Shown piece by piece: positions 10,277 to 19,393 of a stretch of 32,000 nt of DNA (position 1 is the stretch's first letter; every line of letters starts with the position of its first letter). The notes under the pieces are model-generated. The model saw only the letters and a program-made list of their open reading frames with translations. It did no database searches and was not told where the DNA came from. Source of the stretch: Mycobacterium tuberculosis H37Rv (GTDB lineage: Bacteria > Actinomycetota > Actinomycetes > Mycobacteriales > Mycobacteriaceae); NCBI RefSeq assembly GCF_000195955.2, contig NC_000962.3, forward strand, positions 3,570,001 to 3,602,000, written 5' to 3'. The position numbers and the translations under genes were made by a program.

Positions 10277-10495
10277 GTGGCTACCATGGCGGCGGTCGTA
10301 GGCGGCGGTCCACAGGACGAAATACCCGAAGCCGATGCGGTGGAGCAAGGGCGTGCTGTCGATTTCGACGACGAAGCCGGGTTGGACACCGCCTACCTCA
10401 GCGGCGGCGCCGGCGACCGAGACGCCAGCGAAGCCGACGTCGTCGACCAAGCCTTCGTCGTTCCGGTCGCCGACGACGAAGAAATCGACCGGTAG
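10277..10495 (+). CDS. Small acidic hypothetical protein (72 aa)
   Basis: Highly acidic, GC-rich third positions, no stop for 72 codons in the gap between adnA and lipV; contains EADAVEQG and EADVVDQA motifs. Confidence 0.55.
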   Translation: MATMAAVVGGGPQDEIPEADAVEQGRAVDFDDEAGLDTAYLSGGAGDRDASEADVVDQAFVVPVADDEEIDR

Positions 10496-10525
10496 CAGGC
10501 GTCGCCGGGCTGGCATCATCGACGC

Positions 10526-11312
10526 GTGATCATCGACCTTCACGTACAGCGCTACGGCCCGTCAGGGCCCGCGCGGGTGCTGACCATCCACGGAGTGACC
10601 GAGCACGGGCGCATCTGGCACCGGTTAGCCCATCACTTTGCCCGAAATCCCCATCGCCGCACCCGATCTGCTGGGCCACGGTAGGTCACCATGGGCCGCG
10701 CCGTGGACCATCGACGCCAACGTGTCCGCCCTGGCAGCACTCCTCGACAATCAGGGCGACGGTCCGGTAGTGGTGGTCGGACACTCCTTCGGCGGCGCTG
10801 TCGCTATGCACCTGGCCGCGGCCCGCCCAGACCAGGTCGCGGCGCTGGTGTTGCTCGACCCGGCGGTCGCTCTGGACGGGTCCCGGGTACGCGAGGTGGT
10901 CGACGCCATGCTGGCCTCTCCCGACTACCTGGACCCCGCCGAGGCCCGGGCCGAGAAGGCGACCGGTGCCTGGGCGGACGTGGACCCCCCAGTGCTCGAC
11001 GCCGAACTCGACGAGCACCTCGTCGCATTGCCCAACGGTCGGTACGGTTGGCGTATCAGCCTGCCGGCGATGGTGTGCTACTGGAGCGAACTGGCCCGCG
11101 ACATCGTGCTGCCGCCGGTGGGAACGGCAACCACGCTGGTTCGGGCGGTCCGTGCGTCACCGGCGTACGTCAGCGACCAGCTGCTCGCGGCCCTGGACAA
11201 ACGGCTAGGAGCCGATTTTGAGCTACTAGACTTCGACTGCGGGCACATGGTGCCCCAAGCCAAGCCCACTGAGGTCGCGGCGGTGATCCGCAGTCGACTG
11301 GGACCGCGCTAG
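10526..11312 (+). pseudogene. lipV: lipV alpha/beta-hydrolase locus, apparently split by a +1 frameshift near 10637-10639
   Basis: Frame starting GTG 10526 reads VIIDLHVQRYGPSGPARVLTIHGVTEHGRIWHRLAHH, the N-terminal hydrolase strand and HG motif. The downstream frame reads LPEIPIAAPDLLGHGRS. Removing one T from CACTTTGCC fuses them. Confidence 0.65.
10638..11312 (+). CDS. lipV: LipV, alpha/beta-hydrolase as an intact 224 aa ORF (Rv3203)
   Basis: MPEIPIAAPDLLGHGRS...; nucleophile elbow VVVGHSFGGAVAMH, catalytic DFDCGHMVP. TTG start. Confidence 0.85.
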   Translation: MPEIPIAAPDLLGHGRSPWAAPWTIDANVSALAALLDNQGDGPVVVVGHSFGGAVAMHLAAARPDQVAALVLLDPAVALDGSRVREVVDAMLASPDYLDPAEARAEKATGAWADVDPPVLDAELDEHLVALPNGRYGWRISLPAMVCYWSELARDIVLPPVGTATTLVRAVRASPAYVSDQLLAALDKRLGADFELLDFDCGHMVPQAKPTEVAAVIRSRLGPR

Positions 11313-11314
11313 CC

Positions 11315-11620
11315 ATGGCGCCGGTGACCGACGAACAGGTGGAGCTGGTGCGCTCACTGGTCGCGGCCATCCCACTCGGCCGGGTGTCCACCTACGGCGA
11401 CATCGCAGCTCTCACAGGGCTTTCCAGTCCGCGTATTGTCGGCTGGATTATGCGGACCGATTCCTCGGATCTGCCCTGGCACCGGGTGATCAGAGCCTCC
11501 GGGCGCCCAGCACAGCACCTGGCCACCCGGCAGTTGGAGTTGTTGCGCGCAGAGGGCGTTCTCAGTGTTGACGGCCGGGTGGCGCTGAGCGAGATCCGCT
11601 ATGAGTTTCCGCCGGGCTGA
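11315..11620 (+). CDS. Alkyltransferase-like (ATL) DNA-binding protein (Rv3204)
   Basis: 101 aa, Ada/Ogt C-terminal-domain signature IPLGRVSTYGDIAALTG...RIVGWIM...PWHRVI, with W in place of the alkyl-acceptor Cys of PCHRV. Confidence 0.88.
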   Translation: MAPVTDEQVELVRSLVAAIPLGRVSTYGDIAALTGLSSPRIVGWIMRTDSSDLPWHRVIRASGRPAQHLATRQLELLRAEGVLSVDGRVALSEIRYEFPPG

Positions 11621-11626
11621 GTAGGT

Positions 11627-12505
11627 TTAGAGCACTAGCCGCACTAGGGCCGCGGTGTGGGCCAGGCCGGGAAACGCTTCGGCGGTGGATCGTGGGTGCA
11701 GCGCGTACACTGCTAGGCGGAACATCAACGCGCGCAACAACATCTGGGGCCACTCCGGCAGCGCGTTCCACCGCTCGATGAGCCCGTCGTCGGCCGCACC
11801 CCAGGACAGCGCGTCGACGACGGCCACCCCGGCCGCCCAGGATGCGGGCCGCCAGTAGGGCGTGATGTCGGTGATCCCTGGAGGGGCGGTGCCCGCGAAA
11901 AGCACTGTACCGTAAAGATCTCCGTGCACCAGCTGGTTCGGGCTCTTGGTCGGCTTACGCAACCCGGCAAGCTGATTGATCAGATCGATCGATCGCTGGG
12001 GGTCCGCTGCCGGGGGGGCGGTCGGCACGCCCGGTGGGACCGACTGTAATGGCCGCTCCTCCCACCCAGCTCGGTCTGCGGCGACGAACACATCGATCTC
12101 GGCCCAGGGCGCCGCGGGTCCCTGGGTCAAGAATCGGGGGCGTTCCAGTTTTCCGGTGGCCTCATGCAGCCGCACCGCCGCCGAGACGACCTCATCATGC
12201 CTAGGCTCCGGCGCGCCGGCGACGAACGTGTCTGCCCGCCAACCAGACACCACGTACCGGCCGTCGGTCGATCGGACGGGCCGAGCCAGGCGTACGCCGT
12301 CGACGAACAACGTCTCGCGCACCCGGGCCGACCAGGCCGCGCGGGCGTTGTCGGCCACCATCGACAACACCACCTCGCCGCATCGCCAGCCACCTTCCCA
12401 ACCGGCACCCAACAGGATGGGTTGCGCACCTGCCAAACCGAACGCCACCAACACGTGCTCGGGCGGCGGCTCGACATTCACACCGGTCAGCCTAGTAGAG
12501 CCCAT
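11627..12505 (-). CDS. Conserved actinobacterial protein, TIGR02569-like, distant APH/kinase-fold similarity (Rv3205c)
   Basis: 292 aa from MGSTRLTGVNV (the track ORF extends 22 aa further upstream); NQLVHGDLYGTVLF resembles the HGD motif of phosphotransferases. Confidence 0.75.
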   Translation of the reverse strand: MGSTRLTGVNVEPPPEHVLVAFGLAGAQPILLGAGWEGGWRCGEVVLSMVADNARAAWSARVRETLFVDGVRLARPVRSTDGRYVVSGWRADTFVAGAPEPRHDEVVSAAVRLHEATGKLERPRFLTQGPAAPWAEIDVFVAADRAGWEERPLQSVPPGVPTAPPAADPQRSIDLINQLAGLRKPTKSPNQLVHGDLYGTVLFAGTAPPGITDITPYWRPASWAAGVAVVDALSWGAADDGLIERWNALPEWPQMLLRALMFRLAVYALHPRSTAEAFPGLAHTAALVRLVL

Positions 12506-12531
12506 CGGGGTGTATTGGGCCTGTATCGGTC

Positions 12532-13710
12532 CTAGTACATCACCATGTCGGGCTGCATCTGCTTGGCCCACGCGACGATCCCACCCTGCAGGTGTACCGC
12601 GTCGGAGAAACCGGCTTTCTTGACCGCAGCCAATGCCTCGGCCGAGCGCACGCCCGTCTTGCAGTACAGCACGGCGGTGCGGTCCTGGGGGAGCTTGGCC
12701 AGACCCTCACCCGAGTTGATCAACGATTTCGGAATCAGTTGGGCTCCGTCGATATGCACGATGTCCCACTCCACGGGATCGCGAACGTCGATCAGTGCCA
12801 GCTTACGGCCGGAGTCCAGCCAGTCGCGCAGCTCGCGCGGCGTGATGGTGGAACCTTTGGCCGCCTGGGCGGCATCGTCAGCAACCACGCCGCAGAACTG
12901 TTCGTAGTCGACCAGCTCGGTGATCTTCGGTGTCGATGGGTCCTTGCGGATGGTGATCGTGCGATAGCTCATCTCCAGCGCGTCGTACACCAGCAACCGG
13001 CCAAGCAGTGTTTCACCTATCCCGGTGATCAGCTTGATCGCCTCAGTGCCCATCACCGATGCGACCGAGGCACAGATAATGCCCAGCACCCCGCCTTCAG
13101 CACAGGACGGCACCATGCCCGGCGGCGGCGGCTCGGGATACAGGTCGCGGTAGTTGACACCCAACCCGTCGGGGGCGTCCTCCCAAAACACCGATGCCTG
13201 GCCCTCGAAGCGGTAAATCGACCCCCACACGTACGGCTTGCCAGCCAGCACCGCGGCGTCGTTGACCAGATACCGGGTGGCGAAGTTGTCGGTGCCATCC
13301 AAGATCAGGTCGTACTGCTTGAACAGGTCGACGGCGTTGCTCGGCGCAAGCCGCAGCTCGTGTAGTCGCACCCGGATCAGCGGGTTGATCGCGACAATCG
13401 AATCGCGCGCCGACTGAGCCTTGGAGCGCCCGACGTCAGCTACCCCATGGATGACCTGGCGCTGCAGGTTCGACTCGTCAACCACATCGAAGTCGACGAT
13501 GCCGATGGTGCCGACGCCGGCGGCGGCCAGATACAATAACGTGGGCGCTCCGAGCCCGCCGGCGCCGATCACCAGTACTCGCGCGTTCTTGAGCCTCTTC
13601 TGCCCGTCAACACCCAGGTCAGGAATGATGAGATGGCGGCTGTAGCGAGCTACCTCTTCACGGCTGAGCGCGGATGCTGGCTCAACTAGTGGCGGCAAGG
13701 ATGTCGACAC
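12532..13710 (-). CDS. moeZ: MoeZ/MoeB1: adenylyltransferase-sulfurtransferase (ThiF domain + rhodanese) (Rv3206c)
   Basis: 392 aa; VLVIGAGGLGAPTLLYLAAAGVG nucleotide-binding motif; rhodanese loop LYCKTGVRSAEA. Confidence 0.93.
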   Translation of the reverse strand: MSTSLPPLVEPASALSREEVARYSRHLIIPDLGVDGQKRLKNARVLVIGAGGLGAPTLLYLAAAGVGTIGIVDFDVVDESNLQRQVIHGVADVGRSKAQSARDSIVAINPLIRVRLHELRLAPSNAVDLFKQYDLILDGTDNFATRYLVNDAAVLAGKPYVWGSIYRFEGQASVFWEDAPDGLGVNYRDLYPEPPPPGMVPSCAEGGVLGIICASVASVMGTEAIKLITGIGETLLGRLLVYDALEMSYRTITIRKDPSTPKITELVDYEQFCGVVADDAAQAAKGSTITPRELRDWLDSGRKLALIDVRDPVEWDIVHIDGAQLIPKSLINSGEGLAKLPQDRTAVLYCKTGVRSAEALAAVKKAGFSDAVHLQGGIVAWAKQMQPDMVMY

Positions 13711-13765
13711 CGAATATCTCCTCGGTTATATCCGAAACGTCTGCTGCGCGTCGTCCTGCAAATAC

Positions 13766-13795
13766 CTCAACGCCCAGCTTGCCACCTTTGCTTCC
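13766..13795 (-). promoter_or_regulatory. Candidate SigH-type promoter upstream of moeZ
   Basis: Reverse strand GGAAGC (13795-13790) - 18 nt - GTTGAG (13771-13766), 56 nt upstream of the GTG start; same spacing as the sigH candidate. Confidence 0.55.
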
Positions 13796-13800
13796 CCGGG

Positions 13801-14829
13801 TTAGGGAATCGGGTAGGGCCAGGGATTGAATCGGCAGGTCTTTCCATCCGCCTTAACGAAGTCGGGGTCAAACTTGGCCGCGTCGTCATTGGAGGTGGAA
13901 AACGTCTGCTGCATCATTACCGGAGCCAGACCGCCTTGTTGGTCGCACGGCTCGTGGCGCAGGTAACCGATGGCATGACCGACCTCGTGGTTGATCACAT
14001 ATTGCCGATAGGAACCTACGTCACCTTCGAATGGAACGGCTCCGCGTACCCAGCGCGCCTCGTTGATGAACACCCGCGATTGGCGATCCATGCCGCCGAA
14101 CGACGGGTTGTAGCAGGACGTCTCGAGCCGGAATTCGTAGCCACACCCCCCGCGCACTGTCGTCGGCGACACCAGCGAAATCCGGAAGTCGGGTTTTCCG
14201 CTGTCGATCCGCACGAACGCGAATTGCGGATTGTGGGTCCAGCCCTTGGGATTGGTCAACGTCTGGTCGACCATCTGGGCGAATGCGTTGTCACCGCCGT
14301 ACATTGTGGGATCAAGACCGTTCTCGATCTCGACGGTATACCTGAACACTTTGACGGTGCCTTGACCGACCTGGGGAGTAGTGCCCGGAACGACACGCCA
14401 GGTCTTGTCACCAGCCTCGGTGAACGGGCCGCCATCCGGCAGCGTCCCGGCCGGCAGATTGGCATCGAACACTGCAAGACCGCGAGGCGGTGCGTCGAGG
14501 ATCGCGGTCCCCACCACACCAATGGCCGGCGAGTCCCGGACGGTCTGGGCCGCCGCGGGCCTTGGCGTGCTCGTCCCGGTCACCGTCTGGTACACCACCA
14601 CCGTGGTCAGCACCATCAGAACCGGCAGGGCGTAGGCGCGCCAGCCGTACGTGGACACGAACCGCCCCAACCAGGTTTGTTTGCGCCATTGACGCTTCCG
14701 GTCGCGGCGGGCCCGGACCCGTCTGTCAGTCGCGGCGAGCGGGTCGCGCAGGGCCCGCAGCGGCTCACGCCACTCGTCACGCAGCACGGGTACTCGACTC
14801 GTGCTTCCGGCGGGCCACGGAGACGTCAT
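13801..14829 (-). CDS. Membrane-anchored/secreted DUF3152-type putative zinc metalloprotease (Rv3207c)
   Basis: 342 aa maximum ORF (a shorter start is likely); single TM (AYALPVLMVLTTVVVYQTV), HExxH motif YVINHEVGHAIGYLRHEPC. Confidence 0.82.
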   Translation of the reverse strand: MTSPWPAGSTSRVPVLRDEWREPLRALRDPLAATDRRVRARRDRKRQWRKQTWLGRFVSTYGWRAYALPVLMVLTTVVVYQTVTGTSTPRPAAAQTVRDSPAIGVVGTAILDAPPRGLAVFDANLPAGTLPDGGPFTEAGDKTWRVVPGTTPQVGQGTVKVFRYTVEIENGLDPTMYGGDNAFAQMVDQTLTNPKGWTHNPQFAFVRIDSGKPDFRISLVSPTTVRGGCGYEFRLETSCYNPSFGGMDRQSRVFINEARWVRGAVPFEGDVGSYRQYVINHEVGHAIGYLRHEPCDQQGGLAPVMMQQTFSTSNDDAAKFDPDFVKADGKTCRFNPWPYPIP

Positions 14830-14997
14830 TTCCTCAGGATGACACAGCTGGCCCGGGTCGCGACCCTGGCGCGCCCGAATGCAACACCCAACAAACTATC
14901 CCGCCGCTACCGATGCCGCAGGTAGTAATGTCATTCCGACAGACGCGCGGCGGTGGGGGTTGGCACAGTGGCCCTCGAATTAGTGTGATCAGATTGA

Positions 14998-15949
<952 letters not shown>

Positions 15950-16270
15950 GGTGGCCCCTTCCATTGGCATTCCGTCACAGGCGTGTCACCAGCAGGCTAG
16001 TAGACGCCCCTGGCCCCCATAACGGTTAGGTCTAGGCCAGCCCGACACGCCGCCAGACACCCCATCCGCCGGCAGGGGCTCGATAACATCAGCACCATCG
16101 GTAACACAGTTAACGACCTCTACGAGTGCGTTCGGAACGTCCGGGAAGTCCAGGACTACCCGGACGACGAGAGCTCGAGCGGCTTCGGGGCTGGCCGGAC
16201 CTGTTCGGAAGGCGAGTTTGCCTGGGCGGCTGACCGCCGATGGCGCCCGGTAGCTGCGATCCTCGGCAGT

Positions 16271-16834
16271 GTGGTGGCGCTTGGCGCGGTCGCGACCGCA
16301 GTCATTATCAACAGCGGAGATAGCACGTCGACCAAGGCCATTGTCGGGGCACCAGCCCCGCGCACGGTGATATCCACCTCGCCACGACCAACGGCCCCGA
16401 CCAGCACGTCACCCCACCCTTCGCCCAGCACCTTGCGGCCGCAGCTCCCGCCGGAGACGGTCACCACGGTGGCACCGCCGGGCACCGGGCCTACTACCGT
16501 GCCGACGCGAACCCCCACCGCCGCGCCACCTCAGACTGCTGTGCCACCGCCGGCGCCGCTGAATCCGCGCACCGTCGTCTACCGCGTGACCGGCACCAAG
16601 CAGCTGTTCGACCTGGTGAACGTCGTCTACACCGATGCGCGGGGCTTCCCGGTGACCGACTTCAACGTGTCGCTGCCGTGGACGAAGATGGTCGTTCTGA
16701 ACCCCGGCGTGCAAACCGAATCGGTCGTCGCGACCAGCCTTTACAGTCGTCTCAACTGCTCGATCGTCAATACCGGCGCTCAGACGGTGGTGGCGTCAAC
16801 CAACAATGCGATCATCGCGACATGCACTCGCTAG
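16271..16834 (+). CDS. Thr/Pro-rich membrane protein, MmpS-like C-terminal domain (Rv3209)
   Basis: 187 aa; N-terminal hydrophobic segment, Thr/Pro-rich linker, then TVVYRVTGTKQLFDLVNVVYTDARGF...LPWTK. Confidence 0.78.
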   Translation: MVALGAVATAVIINSGDSTSTKAIVGAPAPRTVISTSPRPTAPTSTSPHPSPSTLRPQLPPETVTTVAPPGTGPTTVPTRTPTAAPPQTAVPPPAPLNPRTVVYRVTGTKQLFDLVNVVYTDARGFPVTDFNVSLPWTKMVVLNPGVQTESVVATSLYSRLNCSIVNTGAQTVVASTNNAIIATCTR

Positions 16835-16848
16835 ATCTGGGATCTAGC
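16830..16848. repeat. Short perfect palindrome spanning two convergent stop codons
   Basis: GCTAGATC-TGG-GATCTAGC. Confidence 0.85.
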
Positions 16849-17539
16849 TGAGACCCAGTTCCCGCATGCGTTGGTCGTGGGTCTGCTGCAACCGGTCGAA
16901 GAAGGCACCAAGCTGGCTCAGTCCACCACTACCGGACACCACCAGGTCGACCAGCTCGTCGTGGTCGGCCAACACCAGCTGGGCCTGCGTTATCGCCTCG
17001 CCGAGCAGACGACGCGACCACAGCGCCAGTCGGCTGCGCTGTTTGCCGCTGGCCGTCACCGCTGCGCGCACTTCGGCGACGACGAACTGAGAGTGCCCGG
17101 TCTCCGACAACGCCGCCCGCACCACGTCAGCAACCTCGTCAGGCAGCCCGTCGGCGATCTCCAGATACAAATCGGCGGCCAACGCATCGGCAACATAGGT
17201 CTTCACCAGGGCTTCCAGCCATGTGCTCGGCGTCGTCAGCCGGTGGTAGTTTTCTAACGCTGAGGTGTACTTCGACATCGCCGACACCACGTCGACGCCG
17301 CGACGTTCCAACGCATTGCGCAGCAGCTCGTAGTGCCCCATCTCGGCGGCGGCCATGGATGCCATCGAGATCCTTCCCCGCAGATCCGGGGCCATGCGCG
17401 CCTCATCGGTCAATCGGTAGAAGGCGGCAACTTCGCCGTAGGCCAGCAACGCGAACAATTCGTTGACGCCGGGATGATCCGCCGGCAGCCGTGGCCTGGG
17501 TGAATCGGCCACCTGATCGGCGGATGAGGGCGATGGCAT
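16844..17539 (-). CDS. Ferritin-like / MiaE-like hydroxylase family protein (Rv3210c)
   Basis: 231 aa helical protein with SMAAAEMGHYELL and ALSETGHSQFVV metal-ligand-like motifs. Confidence 0.75.
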   Translation of the reverse strand: MPSPSSADQVADSPRPRLPADHPGVNELFALLAYGEVAAFYRLTDEARMAPDLRGRISMASMAAAEMGHYELLRNALERRGVDVVSAMSKYTSALENYHRLTTPSTWLEALVKTYVADALAADLYLEIADGLPDEVADVVRAALSETGHSQFVVAEVRAAVTASGKQRSRLALWSRRLLGEAITQAQLVLADHDELVDLVVSGSGGLSQLGAFFDRLQQTHDQRMRELGLS

Positions 17540-17797
17540 GGCAACACTCTAGTAGGCAGGCTCAGCGGCAAATGGGAACCTGCTGGCCGACCAGCTATCA
17601 TGCTCGTTAGGTGGCGGCATTGGTTCGACTGCCGCTACCGGCGAAATGTGCGTGCATGGAGTCTGCCCCGCCTGGACTGTGCTAGGGGCCGGCGACTCGG
17701 CGACGTAATCGGAGTCGGAACTCATGCGCGCGTGAACCGCGACAGAGAAACACCGACACACGACCGACACCGTCACCGAAAGGCCGCTTACCCTCGT

Positions 17798-19381
17798 ATG
17801 ACCGCAGTGAAACACACAACTGAATCAACATTTGCCAAACTTGGAGTCCGCGACGAAATAGTCCGCGCATTAGGGGAAGAGGGCATCAAACGGCCCTTTG
17901 CTATCCAGGAACTCACCCTGCCACTCGCGCTCGACGGCGAGGACGTGATCGGCCAGGCCCGCACCGGCATGGGCAAAACGTTCGCTTTTGGCGTGCCGCT
18001 GCTGCAGCGCATCACCTCCGGCGACGGCACGAGACCGCTCACTGGCGCTCCGCGGGCCCTGGTCGTAGTCCCCACCCGCGAGCTGTGTCTACAGGTCACC
18101 GATGACCTGGCCACGGCGGGCAAGTACCTGACCGCCGGCCCCGACACAGACGACGCTGCCGCGGTACGGCGCCGGCTGTCGGTGGTGTCCATCTACGGGG
18201 GACGGCCCTACGAGCCGCAGATCGAGGCGCTACGCGCCGGCGCCGACGTCGTGGTCGGCACCCCGGGTCGGCTGCTCGACCTGTGCCAGCAGGGCCACCT
18301 GCAGCTGGGCGGGCTATCCGTGTTGGTGCTCGACGAGGCCGACGAGATGCTCGACCTGGGCTTCCTGCCCGATATCGAGCGAATCCTGCGGCAAATTCCC
18401 GCCGACCGACAGTCGATGTTGTTTTCGGCGACCATGCCGGACCCGATCATCACGCTGGCCCGAACGTTCATGGTCCGGCCCACGCATATCCGGGCTGAGG
18501 CACCACATTCCTCAGCGGTTCACGACGCGACCGAGCAGTTCGTCTACCGCGCCCATGCGTTGGACAAAGTGGAGTTAGTCAGCCGGGTGCTGCAGGCTCG
18601 TGACCGCGGCGCGACGATGATCTTCACCCGCACCAAGCGGACCGCCCAGAAGGTCGCCGACGAGTTGACCGAGCGCGGTTTCGCAGTCGGCGCCGTGCAC
18701 GGTGATCTCGGACAGCTGGCACGCGAGAAGGCGCTCAAGGCGTTTCGCACTGGCGGCATCGACGTATTGGTGGCCACCGACGTGGCCGCCCGCGGCATCG
18801 ACATCGACGACGTTACCCACGTGATCAACTATCAGTGCCCCGAAGACGAGAAGATGTACGTCCACCGCATCGGTCGCACCGGCCGTGCCGGCCGAACCGG
18901 GGTCGCGGTCACCCTGGTGGACTGGGACGAGCTGCCCCGTTGGAGCATGATCGACCAAGCACTGGGCCTGGGCTCCCCCGATCCGGCCGAGACATACTCC
19001 AACTCGCCGCATCTGTATGCCGAGCTGGCCATCCCGGCCACGGCCGGCGGTACCGTCGGCCCGGCGCGCAAATCGCAGGGCAGGCGACGTGACACCGACT
19101 GCGACGGCCAGAAAACGGCACAGCACGCCCGCAATACCCCCAGGCGTCGGCGCACCCGCGGCGGCAAACCCGTCACCGGACACCCCGGCACCAACCCAAT
19201 CAGCAGCCCAATCGTGGGCGGCGACGCCACCTCGGAGCCGGGCTCCGGCACCGCATCAGATTCCGGGTCCGATGTTGTGTCCGGCTCCCGGTCCGGCAAC
19301 GGCGAAGCTGCGCGACGCCGTCGTCGCCGCCGCCGACGCCCGACGCACGCCCAGGACGGCTTCGCCGCGCGGGCTAACTGA
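17798..19381 (+). CDS. rhlE: DEAD-box ATP-dependent RNA helicase (Rv3211)
   Basis: 527 aa from MTAVKHTTESTF; AQARTGMGKTFAF, VLDEADEML, SAT, HRIGRTGRAG; basic Arg-rich tail. Confidence 0.93.
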   Translation: MTAVKHTTESTFAKLGVRDEIVRALGEEGIKRPFAIQELTLPLALDGEDVIGQARTGMGKTFAFGVPLLQRITSGDGTRPLTGAPRALVVVPTRELCLQVTDDLATAGKYLTAGPDTDDAAAVRRRLSVVSIYGGRPYEPQIEALRAGADVVVGTPGRLLDLCQQGHLQLGGLSVLVLDEADEMLDLGFLPDIERILRQIPADRQSMLFSATMPDPIITLARTFMVRPTHIRAEAPHSSAVHDATEQFVYRAHALDKVELVSRVLQARDRGATMIFTRTKRTAQKVADELTERGFAVGAVHGDLGQLAREKALKAFRTGGIDVLVATDVAARGIDIDDVTHVINYQCPEDEKMYVHRIGRTGRAGRTGVAVTLVDWDELPRWSMIDQALGLGSPDPAETYSNSPHLYAELAIPATAGGTVGPARKSQGRRRDTDCDGQKTAQHARNTPRRRRTRGGKPVTGHPGTNPISSPIVGGDATSEPGSGTASDSGSDVVSGSRSGNGEAARRRRRRRRRPTHAQDGFAARAN

Positions 19382-19393
19382 CCCGCCCACCGC

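Noticed and set aside
10109-10543. 144 aa - strand ORF between adnA and lipV
   Set aside because: It overlaps the adnA 5' region in a different frame, and its opposite strand gives the more gene-like acidic ORF; no homology recognised.
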